Assembly (NCBI GenBank): GCA_015523565.1
Contig: WAKA01000020.1
Span: forward strand, 1 to 32,836
DNA length: 32,836 nucleotides
Direction of reading: 5' to 3'
Origin: Candidatus Heimdallarchaeota archaeon
GTDB taxonomy: Archaea; Asgardarchaeota; Heimdallarchaeia; Heimdallarchaeales; Kariarchaeaceae
Shown here: in pieces, positions 18,039 to 26,283 of the stretch
How the letters are laid out: each line of letters opens with the position of its first letter
Numbering within the stretch: position 1 is the first letter of the stretch
The notes under the pieces: model-generated
Databases searched by the model: none
Told to the model about the DNA's origin: nothing
The model's input: the letters and a program-made list of their open reading frames with translations, nothing else
Translations under genes and position numbers: made by a program

Positions 18039-19470
18039 TTCCAACTACTCCTGTTTCAAATTCATCTGTAAGGAAATGCTTGATAAGATAATATATGCCA
18101 AAGATACCTGTAGCCATGAACATGAACATGACTCCAATATCAATGAGCAAAAACAAGGTCAACCCTTTGTCATCTGGGGAACGCAACATGTAAAGCGTTG
18201 CAAAACCGAAACCCAGGATTGACCCTATCAGGGATGACCAACCAATGAAATCGTGTATTTTTCCTTTGATATCCAAGTATTTGACAGCAAGCATCAGAAC
18301 CATAATTGCACAGATTGTAGAAATGACATGCCAATGTCCAGTATTGAAAGTCCGTTCAATTTCAGTGTATTCATCCGTACGGAATTTTTCAAGGTGTATT
18401 GCAACGTATACGCCAGGAAAAGTGCTGGTCACATTGACCCAAATAAGTTGGAAATACAAGGTGAAATCAACAGGATCCTTGAAAACAGCCATGATTTTGC
18501 TCAACAAAGGACTGGAATCATAAGAAACCCCAAGTTTCCTACGGGAAATGTTGACAATGCCATAGATGGCAGTAATCATCCCTACAAGAAGAAGAAACAT
18601 TGCCCCTACATTTATAACGACGTGGGCCTTTTCCCATGGGGTAATCACCAACCATGCGCCTATACTTATGATAACAACCCCAATATTGTAGAGTATATGG
18701 CACACTTTCAGCAATTTCCCCTTCATTCCAGAGTATTTCAGGGTAAGCAAAAGAACTGCCGCGGCCAAAAGGGCAACCATGATATGCAGATGTGATACCA
18801 CCATTTCCTTGAGAGAATATCCAACATTACCACCAGGCGCCCTGACAACATCTTCAGCAAGAACGACTTCGAAATTGGTTCCAATGTTTGACCCCACCCA
18901 TGCACCAATAATAGAAGATATCAATATCGCAAGTATTGTCAAAGACATGGAAAAGTATTCCAAATTATATTGCCTCCAATATGGTGCATCCTTTTTTTTT
19001 GTGGGAAAGGTCGTGCTCGGCCAGATCCCGATAAGCAAGAGTATTGCCCCATAAAAACTTAGGGAAAGCCCAAAAATAAAGACCCCATGAGGCACTTGGG
19101 AATCAATTGGAGAATACCCATAAACCATTCCAAAAAAGCCAGTGAGCAAAGCCCCAATTGTGATTGCCCATTTTGCCTGTATTTCTAAAGTGCCGCGGAT
19201 TTCATACCAATCAAGAACAAAATAAGAGACAGCCGCAAGAAATGGGACTGCCAATGAATGATAAAGCATGATGATCCGTCCAGCCCTTGTTCTAGGCGAA
19301 TTGTCAAGATCAACAGGAATCAACGGTTTGCCGAATATTTCGACTACAGGTTTTGAAAAAGTACTCAAAAACACTATAATTGCAAGCTCAAAAAGGATAA
19401 TCAAAGCGATTAGTCCCCTATAACTAGTAAAAAACTGCTTTATTTTCCCAATGAAAGTTATTGTAATCAC
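18031..19470 (-). CDS. 12-TM His-rich membrane protein, possible divergent heme-copper oxidase subunit I fold
   Basis: Twelve hydrophobic segments with YH (TM2), SHLH (TM6) and GHWH (TM10). Start probably GTG 19470 or nearby; the ORF-track start at 19515 overlaps the upstream gene. The CDS is solid, the fold assignment is tentative. Confidence 0.6.
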   Translation of the reverse strand: MITITFIGKIKQFFTSYRGLIALIILFELAIIVFLSTFSKPVVEIFGKPLIPVDLDNSPRTRAGRIIMLYHSLAVPFLAAVSYFVLDWYEIRGTLEIQAKWAITIGALLTGFFGMVYGYSPIDSQVPHGVFIFGLSLSFYGAILLLIGIWPSTTFPTKKKDAPYWRQYNLEYFSMSLTILAILISSIIGAWVGSNIGTNFEVVLAEDVVRAPGGNVGYSLKEMVVSHLHIMVALLAAAVLLLTLKYSGMKGKLLKVCHILYNIGVVIISIGAWLVITPWEKAHVVINVGAMFLLLVGMITAIYGIVNISRRKLGVSYDSSPLLSKIMAVFKDPVDFTLYFQLIWVNVTSTFPGVYVAIHLEKFRTDEYTEIERTFNTGHWHVISTICAIMVLMLAVKYLDIKGKIHDFIGWSSLIGSILGFGFATLYMLRSPDDKGLTLFLLIDIGVMFMFMATGIFGIYYLIKHFLTDEFETGVVGNE

Positions 19471-19480
19471 CTCTTGCCTC

Positions 19481-20137
19481 TTATTTGACCAGCATGTCCG
19501 AAATGAAAGGCACATTTATTCTCCATTTTTCAGGGAATACAATTCCAAGAGTGAAGAAAGCACCTACAATGAGCAATAGCGGGGGAAGCACAAGAAAGAT
19601 CTGTCCTTCAGTCAAGATGGGACTTCCGATGGCTACAAAAGCCAAAAGTGCACCTCCAAAACTAATCAGGACCCCACCTATGCTCATAAAGTATGCGTTG
19701 GCTTCTTTTGAAACAATGGGAAGAAGGATAATCAAAATGCCTGAGGGGATGTGCATAGCCATGATAAGTCCAGAGGTCGAGGTGTCACCAGCCAGTCTTA
19801 CCCATGCAGTGATAACCATCATTATAAGTTCATACAGCAAGAACACCCACCCATATAATGGGTTGTCTTCAAACACCGCAAAAAGAAGCCCAACAGCCAT
19901 GCCGATAGGGATTAATGCGGCAACGACCGGCACAAGCTCTGTTTTAAGGATATCGAAGTCAAAAAGGATTATCAGTACACCCGAAACAAAGAGCACAATG
20001 TATGAAATGCCCCAAAACAGGTGATACTTGTTCTTCGAGGCAACATATTCCTTTAAAAGGAAAATGCCCACATAGACGGCTACAATGCCCGTCAGCAACA
20101 GGAATATGATTGAAACTAAGTTGTCCAACATGGTCAT
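19481..20137 (-). CDS. Hypothetical 7-TM membrane protein
   Basis: 218 aa, about 7 hydrophobic helices, first gene of the apparent operon with ctaB; TATA box 28 nt upstream. Confidence 0.8.
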   Translation of the reverse strand: MTMLDNLVSIIFLLLTGIVAVYVGIFLLKEYVASKNKYHLFWGISYIVLFVSGVLIILFDFDILKTELVPVVAALIPIGMAVGLLFAVFEDNPLYGWVFLLYELIMMVITAWVRLAGDTSTSGLIMAMHIPSGILIILLPIVSKEANAYFMSIGGVLISFGGALLAFVAIGSPILTEGQIFLVLPPLLLIVGAFFTLGIVFPEKWRINVPFISDMLVK

Positions 20138-20157
20138 AATAAATATAGATTGTAAAA

Positions 20158-20187
20158 TATTTATAGGTTAGGTGAGCAATTGCTCAC
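20158..20187 (-). promoter_or_regulatory. TATA box plus upstream perfect 16-bp palindrome (candidate operator)
   Basis: Minus-strand TATAAATA at 20165-20158; GTGAGCAATTGCTCAC at 20172-20187. Confidence 0.65.
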
Positions 20188-20356
20188 AAAAAATCGAAAA
20201 TTAATAGATAAATGACAAACAATATCTGTATTGCCATGTGAAGAAGCAGTGTCTTTAGAACAAGTGCATTGACCGACAATGTCCCTTCAGAGGATTATTG
20301 GGAAAAGCACACCAGATTCCTCATGCATTCTGGATTAAAAATTGCAGGAAGAAATT

Positions 20357-20791
20357 TCAATCCTTTTTGATTTCCAAATCAACAAAATCAAGGCAATTAT
20401 GTATGCAACTTTTGTTTTTGCAATTTTCAAAGCTTGTATTCCCATAATTGATGGCCCAAGTCTTCATGGCCTCCAACACATCCTTGAGAGCAATACCCCG
20501 GTCTGTCAATGCATAACCAACCCGTTCATTATCAAGTCGGATACGTGCAACCAAATCATTTTTTTCAAGTTCGTTCAGCTTGTCCTTGAGCACCCTTGAA
20601 GAAATTTCAGTTGAATAGTTCCCAGAGAGCTTTCGTTTAAGATCTGTGAATGTTAGGTACGGTTTCGCCAGTAATTCAGCAAAAATAAAAACATTCCATT
20701 TTTTCCCAAGCACCTCAAGTGTATGGACAACACTGCATTTAAAGTCCACGGCACCCATCAAGCACAGATTTAAACTATACTTTTTAAACAT
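20357..20791 (-). CDS. HxlR-family winged-helix transcriptional regulator
   Basis: CSVVHTLEVLGKKW, F.DL...L, IS.RVL...L.ELE...LV.R, Y.LT.RG..L..VL..M..W. True start may be the second Met (20755). Confidence 0.88.
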   Translation of the reverse strand: MFKKYSLNLCLMGAVDFKCSVVHTLEVLGKKWNVFIFAELLAKPYLTFTDLKRKLSGNYSTEISSRVLKDKLNELEKNDLVARIRLDNERVGYALTDRGIALKDVLEAMKTWAINYGNTSFENCKNKSCIHNCLDFVDLEIKKD

Positions 20792-20971
20792 TTTCGAGGG
20801 AATTTTCAGTCATCCTTACCAAATAAATGAAAGAAACAATGAACATTGCTGAAAAAGCACATGAATTTGTCAACGTGAAATTGCAACAAATGGATTGAAT
20901 ACCCCATTATTATAATTCGGGGATTTTCACCTCTAAATATAAGAAGGATGGATACCGTAAGGGGTTAGAGG

Positions 20972-21859
20972 ATGGTCGGGCACACATCATATTTGGCCAT
21001 AGGAGGGGCAATGAGACTCCATGAAAAAAACCCCTTGGTAAGAACCTTCATAGACGGGGCTGGCGGAAAGGAAAGCGTGATCACAATATTGCCTACTGCG
21101 TCAGATTTTGCTGAGGAAGTGGGATCACTTTATTATAAGCTGTTCTGCAAGCTTTCAGATGATGTGGAGTATTTCATCATTGACCATAGGCATCAGGCAG
21201 AAGACCCCAAACTGTTGGAAAGAATAGACAGGACAACAGGGCTGTTTTTTACTGGAGGAAACCAACTTCGCATAACCAGCCTGCTGGGCGGATCAAAACT
21301 CCAGTACAGGATAAACAGTGCGAGAAAGAGAGGGGTGTTTATCGCAGGAACCTCTGCCGGCGCATCCGCCATGAGCTCCACAATGATCGCAGGAGGCAAA
21401 TCAGATGCCATGTTCAAGGGGAGTGTGGAATTGAGTCCGGGATTGGGTTTCGTTGACAACGCAGTCATTGATTCACACTTCATCAAACGGGGCAGGATAA
21501 CCCGGTTGCTGAATGTAGTCAGCCTCAATCCAGGAATATTGGGATTGGGACTGTCTGAAGACACAGGGATCTTGATGAAAGAGGGGAGCTCCATGATGCG
21601 TGTGATAGGGAGCAGGCAAATTGTCATAGTAGATGGCAGAAGTATATCCCATACGAACATAGCGTCAATTGAGGACCATAAGCCCTTTAGTGTGACAGAT
21701 GTCAGAGTCCATGTCCTCAGCCACGACTATGGCTACGATCTGCAAACCCATGAACTGTTCATTCCAGACATCATTCCCGAACTACCGGATTTCAAGGAAG
21801 AGGAAATAGCAGACCTCCCGTATTTTCCGCTTAAGAAACTTGAAAATAGAGATTGGTAA
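20972..21859 (+). CDS. cphB: Cyanophycinase (peptidase S51)
   Basis: AIGGA, PTAS, FFTGGNQLRI, GTSAGA (catalytic Ser), IDSHF..RGR..RL (His), GLSEDT (Glu). Confidence 0.93.
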   Translation: MVGHTSYLAIGGAMRLHEKNPLVRTFIDGAGGKESVITILPTASDFAEEVGSLYYKLFCKLSDDVEYFIIDHRHQAEDPKLLERIDRTTGLFFTGGNQLRITSLLGGSKLQYRINSARKRGVFIAGTSAGASAMSSTMIAGGKSDAMFKGSVELSPGLGFVDNAVIDSHFIKRGRITRLLNVVSLNPGILGLGLSEDTGILMKEGSSMMRVIGSRQIVIVDGRSISHTNIASIEDHKPFSVTDVRVHVLSHDYGYDLQTHELFIPDIIPELPDFKEEEIADLPYFPLKKLENRDW

Positions 21860-21873
21860 TGGGGAACAGAGAG

Positions 21874-22293
21874 TTAGGAGTTGCCCAATTCCTTGACTTT
21901 TTCAAAAATCCCAGAGTCAAATGGTATCCCCAAACCCATAATGACCTTGCTGCATTCGTCCCACATATTGGAAGGGTCATAGTCACTATAGTCCTGATCC
22001 AAAGCATCCTCCATTATGGTCTCCCATTTTTGAAAATCAAAGTGTGAGTCAATGTCACCATTTTCCTTTAGGATTTTGACCAATTCATGCTCATCGTATA
22101 TTTCCTTTTGGTAATTCTTGAGTACATACCACTGCATGGCATAGGACAAGGCATCATAGAGTACAGAAATGCCATGGGAAATCTCACCCCTGTCAAGGAT
22201 GTCTTTCGCTTCAACCAGATGAAGGGCAGACCTGAAATACCTTTCATCCAACGGATCTAGTTTTTTGTCTTTAAGGAACATGAAATGCGGCAT
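21874..22293 (-). CDS. Hypothetical protein, possibly HEPN-like helical bundle
   Basis: Probable start MPHF at 22293 (ORF track extends to 22407). HL.EAK..L..G......LY.A...AM pattern. Confidence 0.55.
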   Translation of the reverse strand: MPHFMFLKDKKLDPLDERYFRSALHLVEAKDILDRGEISHGISVLYDALSYAMQWYVLKNYQKEIYDEHELVKILKENGDIDSHFDFQKWETIMEDALDQDYSDYDPSNMWDECSKVIMGLGIPFDSGIFEKVKELGNS

Positions 22294-22521
22294 ACCTATT
22301 TTTTGGAGAGGGGATAAATAGGGATTATCATTCCAAATGCAAAAAATATTGAAAAACACGGCAATTATTGGGAAAGAAACTGGAAGAACAATTTTACGAA
22401 CTACCATATACGAGGATCGGAAAACAAAAAGGTATTTTATTACGCAACAGAGATTGTTTGAAACATCAATCGAAATATTTTTAAATTAACTTATTTTTAT
22501 GTCAATTAATTGGTGAAGTTT

Positions 22522-23595
22522 ATGAAAAAACTGCTAGGATTTACAATCATATTCATGTTTGCCCTCTCAACAGTCTCATTGGCGATTGCGGCAAACATTG
22601 ATGTCATACCCAGAGTAGAATTGCTGAAAGGGAAGCCCCCTGGCAAAGGAGGCGGTGGTGGCTCTACAACCCAAACAGCCGATTGGGGATATGTGAGGAT
22701 AGGGGCCGCAGAGGCAAGAAGCAGAACCACAGGTGTTGTGCAAGTTGCAGTGCTTGACACAGGCGTTGATTTCAATCATCCTGACCTTGCAGGTGTTGTG
22801 ACATGGTGCTATTCCGCTATCAAAAGAACCACAGGATGTGACAGGAATACCGCAGATGATGATGGTCATGGTACACATGTTGCAGGGATCATTGCGGCAC
22901 TTGACAACAGTCAAGACACAGTAGGTGCAGCCGCAGGGCATGTTGAGATTTATAACATCAAAGTCCTTTCAAAGAGGGGAGGAGATTGGAATGATTTGGC
23001 TCATGCAATCAGGGTTGCCGCAGAAGGACCAGATGGAGTGCTTGGAACTTCTGACGATGCAGAAGTGATTTCAATGAGCTTGGGTGGGGACATTAGCTCA
23101 TTCCCCGACATTCAACAGATGTTGCAGGATGCAATAGATTATGCGAGATCTGGTGGTTCTGCTGTCGTTGCGGCGGCAGGAAATGAAGGGACATGTCAAG
23201 CGGGAGATGTCCAACACTCTTGGCCAGCAGAAAACAATGGTGTCATCACGGTCGGTGCTACAGGGATATATGCGAATGGTGCATTCCAAAGGGAATACAC
23301 AGGAACCGAACAGGACGTAATGCCATGCTTCTCTAACGAGATGCCTCCAGGTGTCGTGGATGTTTCCGCTCCAGGGGTTTACATCACTTCCTTGAAGAAA
23401 GGTGGCGGTGTAACTGAGATGAGTGGAACATCCATGGCCACACCATACACATCCGCAATTGTTGCACTTCTTATGGCAAATGGTTTTTCAGCAGATCAGG
23501 CATTGAACAGGTTGAAACAGACCGCAATTGACATGGGCTATCCCTCAACCCTTCAGGGTGCCGGTCTTATTGATGCGGCTGCGGCAGTTCAGTGA
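22522..23595 (+). CDS. Secreted subtilisin-like serine protease (S8), Tk-subtilisin/aerolysin-like
   Basis: Signal peptide; VAVLDTG, HGTHVAG, AAAGNEG, GTSMATP. GGTGA SD before the ATG at 22522. Confidence 0.93.
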   Translation: MKKLLGFTIIFMFALSTVSLAIAANIDVIPRVELLKGKPPGKGGGGGSTTQTADWGYVRIGAAEARSRTTGVVQVAVLDTGVDFNHPDLAGVVTWCYSAIKRTTGCDRNTADDDGHGTHVAGIIAALDNSQDTVGAAAGHVEIYNIKVLSKRGGDWNDLAHAIRVAAEGPDGVLGTSDDAEVISMSLGGDISSFPDIQQMLQDAIDYARSGGSAVVAAAGNEGTCQAGDVQHSWPAENNGVITVGATGIYANGAFQREYTGTEQDVMPCFSNEMPPGVVDVSAPGVYITSLKKGGGVTEMSGTSMATPYTSAIVALLMANGFSADQALNRLKQTAIDMGYPSTLQGAGLIDAAAAVQ

Positions 23596-23721
23596 AAAGT
23601 TGAGGATTTGACAATTTAATTAGAATTTATCATAGAAAAAATCGGAACATTCCAAGTTTTATTTCAAAGGTTCCAACATGCCATTTAGGGATTTCAATTT
23701 ATAATCAGAAATTTTGACAGG

Positions 23722-24291
23722 TCATTTCAGGGATTCCAACAAAGCAACTGATTTTTCGGCAACTTGTATTATTTCTTCCAATACGAGTCTCGTTATGCCA
23801 GGCACTTGAAATTCAGGAGATTCACGCAATTTTTGGATAAATTCGTCATGTGGCAGTGAACGGAAAGAATTCATGATTTTGTAAGTTTTTGTGGGACGTT
23901 CAAACCACCGGGCAATTTCATAGTTTTCTGAGTTCAGGAAAAGCAGGAGGGGAATCTTCCTTTTGCCAGCAGTGGTGAAGAATTGTGTGAATAGATCCTC
24001 ATTTTCATCCTTTGAAAATATTTTGAAGTTCCAGTTGGGGCATTCTTCGGCAAGTCTTGCAATGACAGGAACTGCATTGGCACAGTCACCGCACCAATTT
24101 TCGGCAAACAGGATGACATTCATGGGTTTGTTGATATATTCAAGCTTGTCTTGGAATTCCTTGAGCAGTTCACTGGTCGCCTCATATCCTGCCTTCATTT
24201 TTCCTTGCTTTTGAGAGCTTCGGTTGAGATATTCTTGGTAAGTGTATTGCTTGTTCTTAAGGATTTGCTCGATTGCCTCTTTCCTTTTCAT
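23722..24291 (-). CDS. Thioredoxin-family protein
   Basis: AENWCGDC active site, cis-Pro IP motif, W.ERP. Confidence 0.88.
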   Translation of the reverse strand: MKRKEAIEQILKNKQYTYQEYLNRSSQKQGKMKAGYEATSELLKEFQDKLEYINKPMNVILFAENWCGDCANAVPVIARLAEECPNWNFKIFSKDENEDLFTQFFTTAGKRKIPLLLFLNSENYEIARWFERPTKTYKIMNSFRSLPHDEFIQKLRESPEFQVPGITRLVLEEIIQVAEKSVALLESLK

Positions 24292-24389
24292 CAGTTGACA
24301 ATGCCTTTGATTGAATATAAACCTCAGGTTATGACAACATTATTTGTTGGGAGAACGCTCAAGGGAAGATGATTTTTTTGGGGGGGGAG

Positions 24390-24863
24390 TCATTGCCAAC
24401 GATGATAGGCGGGGTGACCTTTTGGGACAGATACGAAGACGCCTGTGCAGGTTGCTGTGACCTTGCCGTTCGCATACATTTCAGCTTCCACAGTTACCTT
24501 GTTCCCATCTACCTTGACGGGTCGAGCCTTGATGAGAAGCTCAGTACCATAAGGGGTGGGTCTTCTGAGTTTTACATGGAATTCAGAAGTGACCGTGGAA
24601 GGAAACTCCTCGTCAGGGTTCCTGCGGTGAAGCTCTGTTGCGGCACACCAATTGCAATGGCAATCAAACAATGTTCCAATGATCCCTCCATTGACCACAC
24701 CCTTAAATGCCTGATGTTCTTCTCTTGGGGTGAATCTTAGGACAAAGTCATCACCTTCCCAGAAGCTTTTGATCCGTAATCCCTTGGGATTTGCGGGACC
24801 ACAACCAAAGCAGATCCCAGTCGGGCCATATTTGTCTTGAACAGCTATTTTTTCTTCTGCCAT
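24390..24863 (-). CDS. PaaI-family hot-dog acyl-CoA thioesterase
   Basis: CFGCGPANPKGL, NGGIIGTLFD, VT....V...RPTP. Confidence 0.88.
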   Translation of the reverse strand: MAEEKIAVQDKYGPTGICFGCGPANPKGLRIKSFWEGDDFVLRFTPREEHQAFKGVVNGGIIGTLFDCHCNWCAATELHRRNPDEEFPSTVTSEFHVKLRRPTPYGTELLIKARPVKVDGNKVTVEAEMYANGKVTATCTGVFVSVPKGHPAYHRWQ

Positions 24864-24996
24864 GCAATGCCATTGGATGCTTTTAAAAAATAGTCTCCCA
24901 TAGGGCCAAAGAACAATTCACATTATTTCTGAATTACTTGCACCAAAAATTAGGTCATTTGAGAAGCTTTTAGTTATTTGGACAATTAAGAAAAAT

Positions 24997-26187
24997 ATGG
25001 TTGCCCTTAAGCAATTTTACTCAGCCATTGCATCACTCAAGAATTTGGGTGAACGGATCATGTTTGCATTCGTCCAACTATATGCTGATAGAAATGGGGC
25101 GTCTGCCACAGAGCAAGGTTGGCTTCTTTCTTTTCGAAATATTTTGAGTTTCGGAGGGCAACAGGTATTTGGTCGGGGGTCTGACAAGTATGGCCGTATA
25201 GCAATTCTTGCATTCGGCTTTGTCATGGCAAGCATTGCGTCATTTTGGTTGACAGGAATTCATTCCCCAATTATGATAATTCTGGTATATGCCATGTACA
25301 GCATAGGATTTTCAGCAGTTCAACCTGCATTCAGCGCTTTGATTGGAGACACCTACAGCCATGAGCAACAGACAGAGATGTTGGGTCACATAACATCGAT
25401 AGGTAGTCTAATAGGGGGATTCGGTTTCCTTTTGGTTGGACTGACCAGTGATTATTTGGAAAATCCCTACCCATACCTCTTCATGATTTCAGGGGCTAGT
25501 TTTTTCAGTGCGGCACTTGCCGCAATTCTATTGAATTTAAGTAAAAGAGCACCAACCCAGCCAATAGACCATTCATCAGGATTTTCATTGTTTGAGCCAT
25601 TAAAGGTGAAAACATTTAGGAGATATGTGCTTGCAGATGCAGCATTTGGTTTTGCAATGTCTACTTCATGGCCTCTTTTTCCAAAGGTTACAAATCAATT
25701 GGCAACGACAGCGCAAGTGACAGTGATGTGGGCAATTACATTTTTGGGCTTCAGCATCTCTGCCAAGTTCACACCCTATTTAAAAAAGAGATTCAAGCAG
25801 TACAATAAATCATTCTTCTATTCACGATTTCTTTTATGGACAGTGCCAGTCTCGTTTGCCTTTGCAACTGATTGGACACACCTGCTTTTGGCAAGAGCAA
25901 TTGCAGGCTTGACATTTGGTTTTTATACAACCCTGCAGAAAGATTATGCCTTGGAAACAGCCAGAGAGAGTGGAAATATCGAGAAACGGGGTTGGTTTTT
26001 GGGAACTCACGCATTTTTGTTTGGAATCTCCACATTTTTGGGGTCACTCCTGTTTGGCTATGTGGTTGACCTGATGCTTTCAGCAACCAATTATGGTTAT
26101 GCGGAGATGTTTCTGGTTTCAGCAACAATTAGATTTACATTTGCTTTTGGTTTCCTTTTGGTTCCGCAACCTGCAAAAGGAACATGA
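24997..26187 (+). CDS. MFS transporter
   Basis: 396 aa, about 12 TM, motif A GRGSDKYGR. Confidence 0.88.
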   Translation: MVALKQFYSAIASLKNLGERIMFAFVQLYADRNGASATEQGWLLSFRNILSFGGQQVFGRGSDKYGRIAILAFGFVMASIASFWLTGIHSPIMIILVYAMYSIGFSAVQPAFSALIGDTYSHEQQTEMLGHITSIGSLIGGFGFLLVGLTSDYLENPYPYLFMISGASFFSAALAAILLNLSKRAPTQPIDHSSGFSLFEPLKVKTFRRYVLADAAFGFAMSTSWPLFPKVTNQLATTAQVTVMWAITFLGFSISAKFTPYLKKRFKQYNKSFFYSRFLLWTVPVSFAFATDWTHLLLARAIAGLTFGFYTTLQKDYALETARESGNIEKRGWFLGTHAFLFGISTFLGSLLFGYVVDLMLSATNYGYAEMFLVSATIRFTFAFGFLLVPQPAKGT

Positions 26188-26254
26188 AACGAAAGAAAAA
26201 ATGAAATATACAATCTCCGAACAAAAAATACTTGTTTTGCACCACGTGAAAAAA

Positions 26255-26262
26255 TATAAATA
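26255..26262 (+). promoter_or_regulatory. Archaeal TATA box of the GNAT gene
   Basis: TATAAATA preceded by an A-rich BRE-like stretch, 29 nt before the ATG at 26284. Confidence 0.6.
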
Positions 26263-26283
26263 AGATATTAAAACAAGAAATTT

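Noticed and set aside
18031-19470. Canonical cytochrome oxidase subunit I, NorB or CtaA
   Set aside because: It lacks HPEVY, the TM7 HH pair and the CtaA EWxHR motifs; kept only as a divergent-fold hypothesis.
19481-20137. 7-TM protein as a rhodopsin
   Set aside because: There is no retinal-binding Lys in the last helix.
20172-20187. lac operator or vector contamination
   Set aside because: It shares GTGAGC/GCTCAC half-sites, but the spacing and flanks differ and the context is native.
21874-22293. Active HEPN RNase toxin
   Set aside because: No clear Rx4-6H motif and no adjacent nucleotidyltransferase gene.
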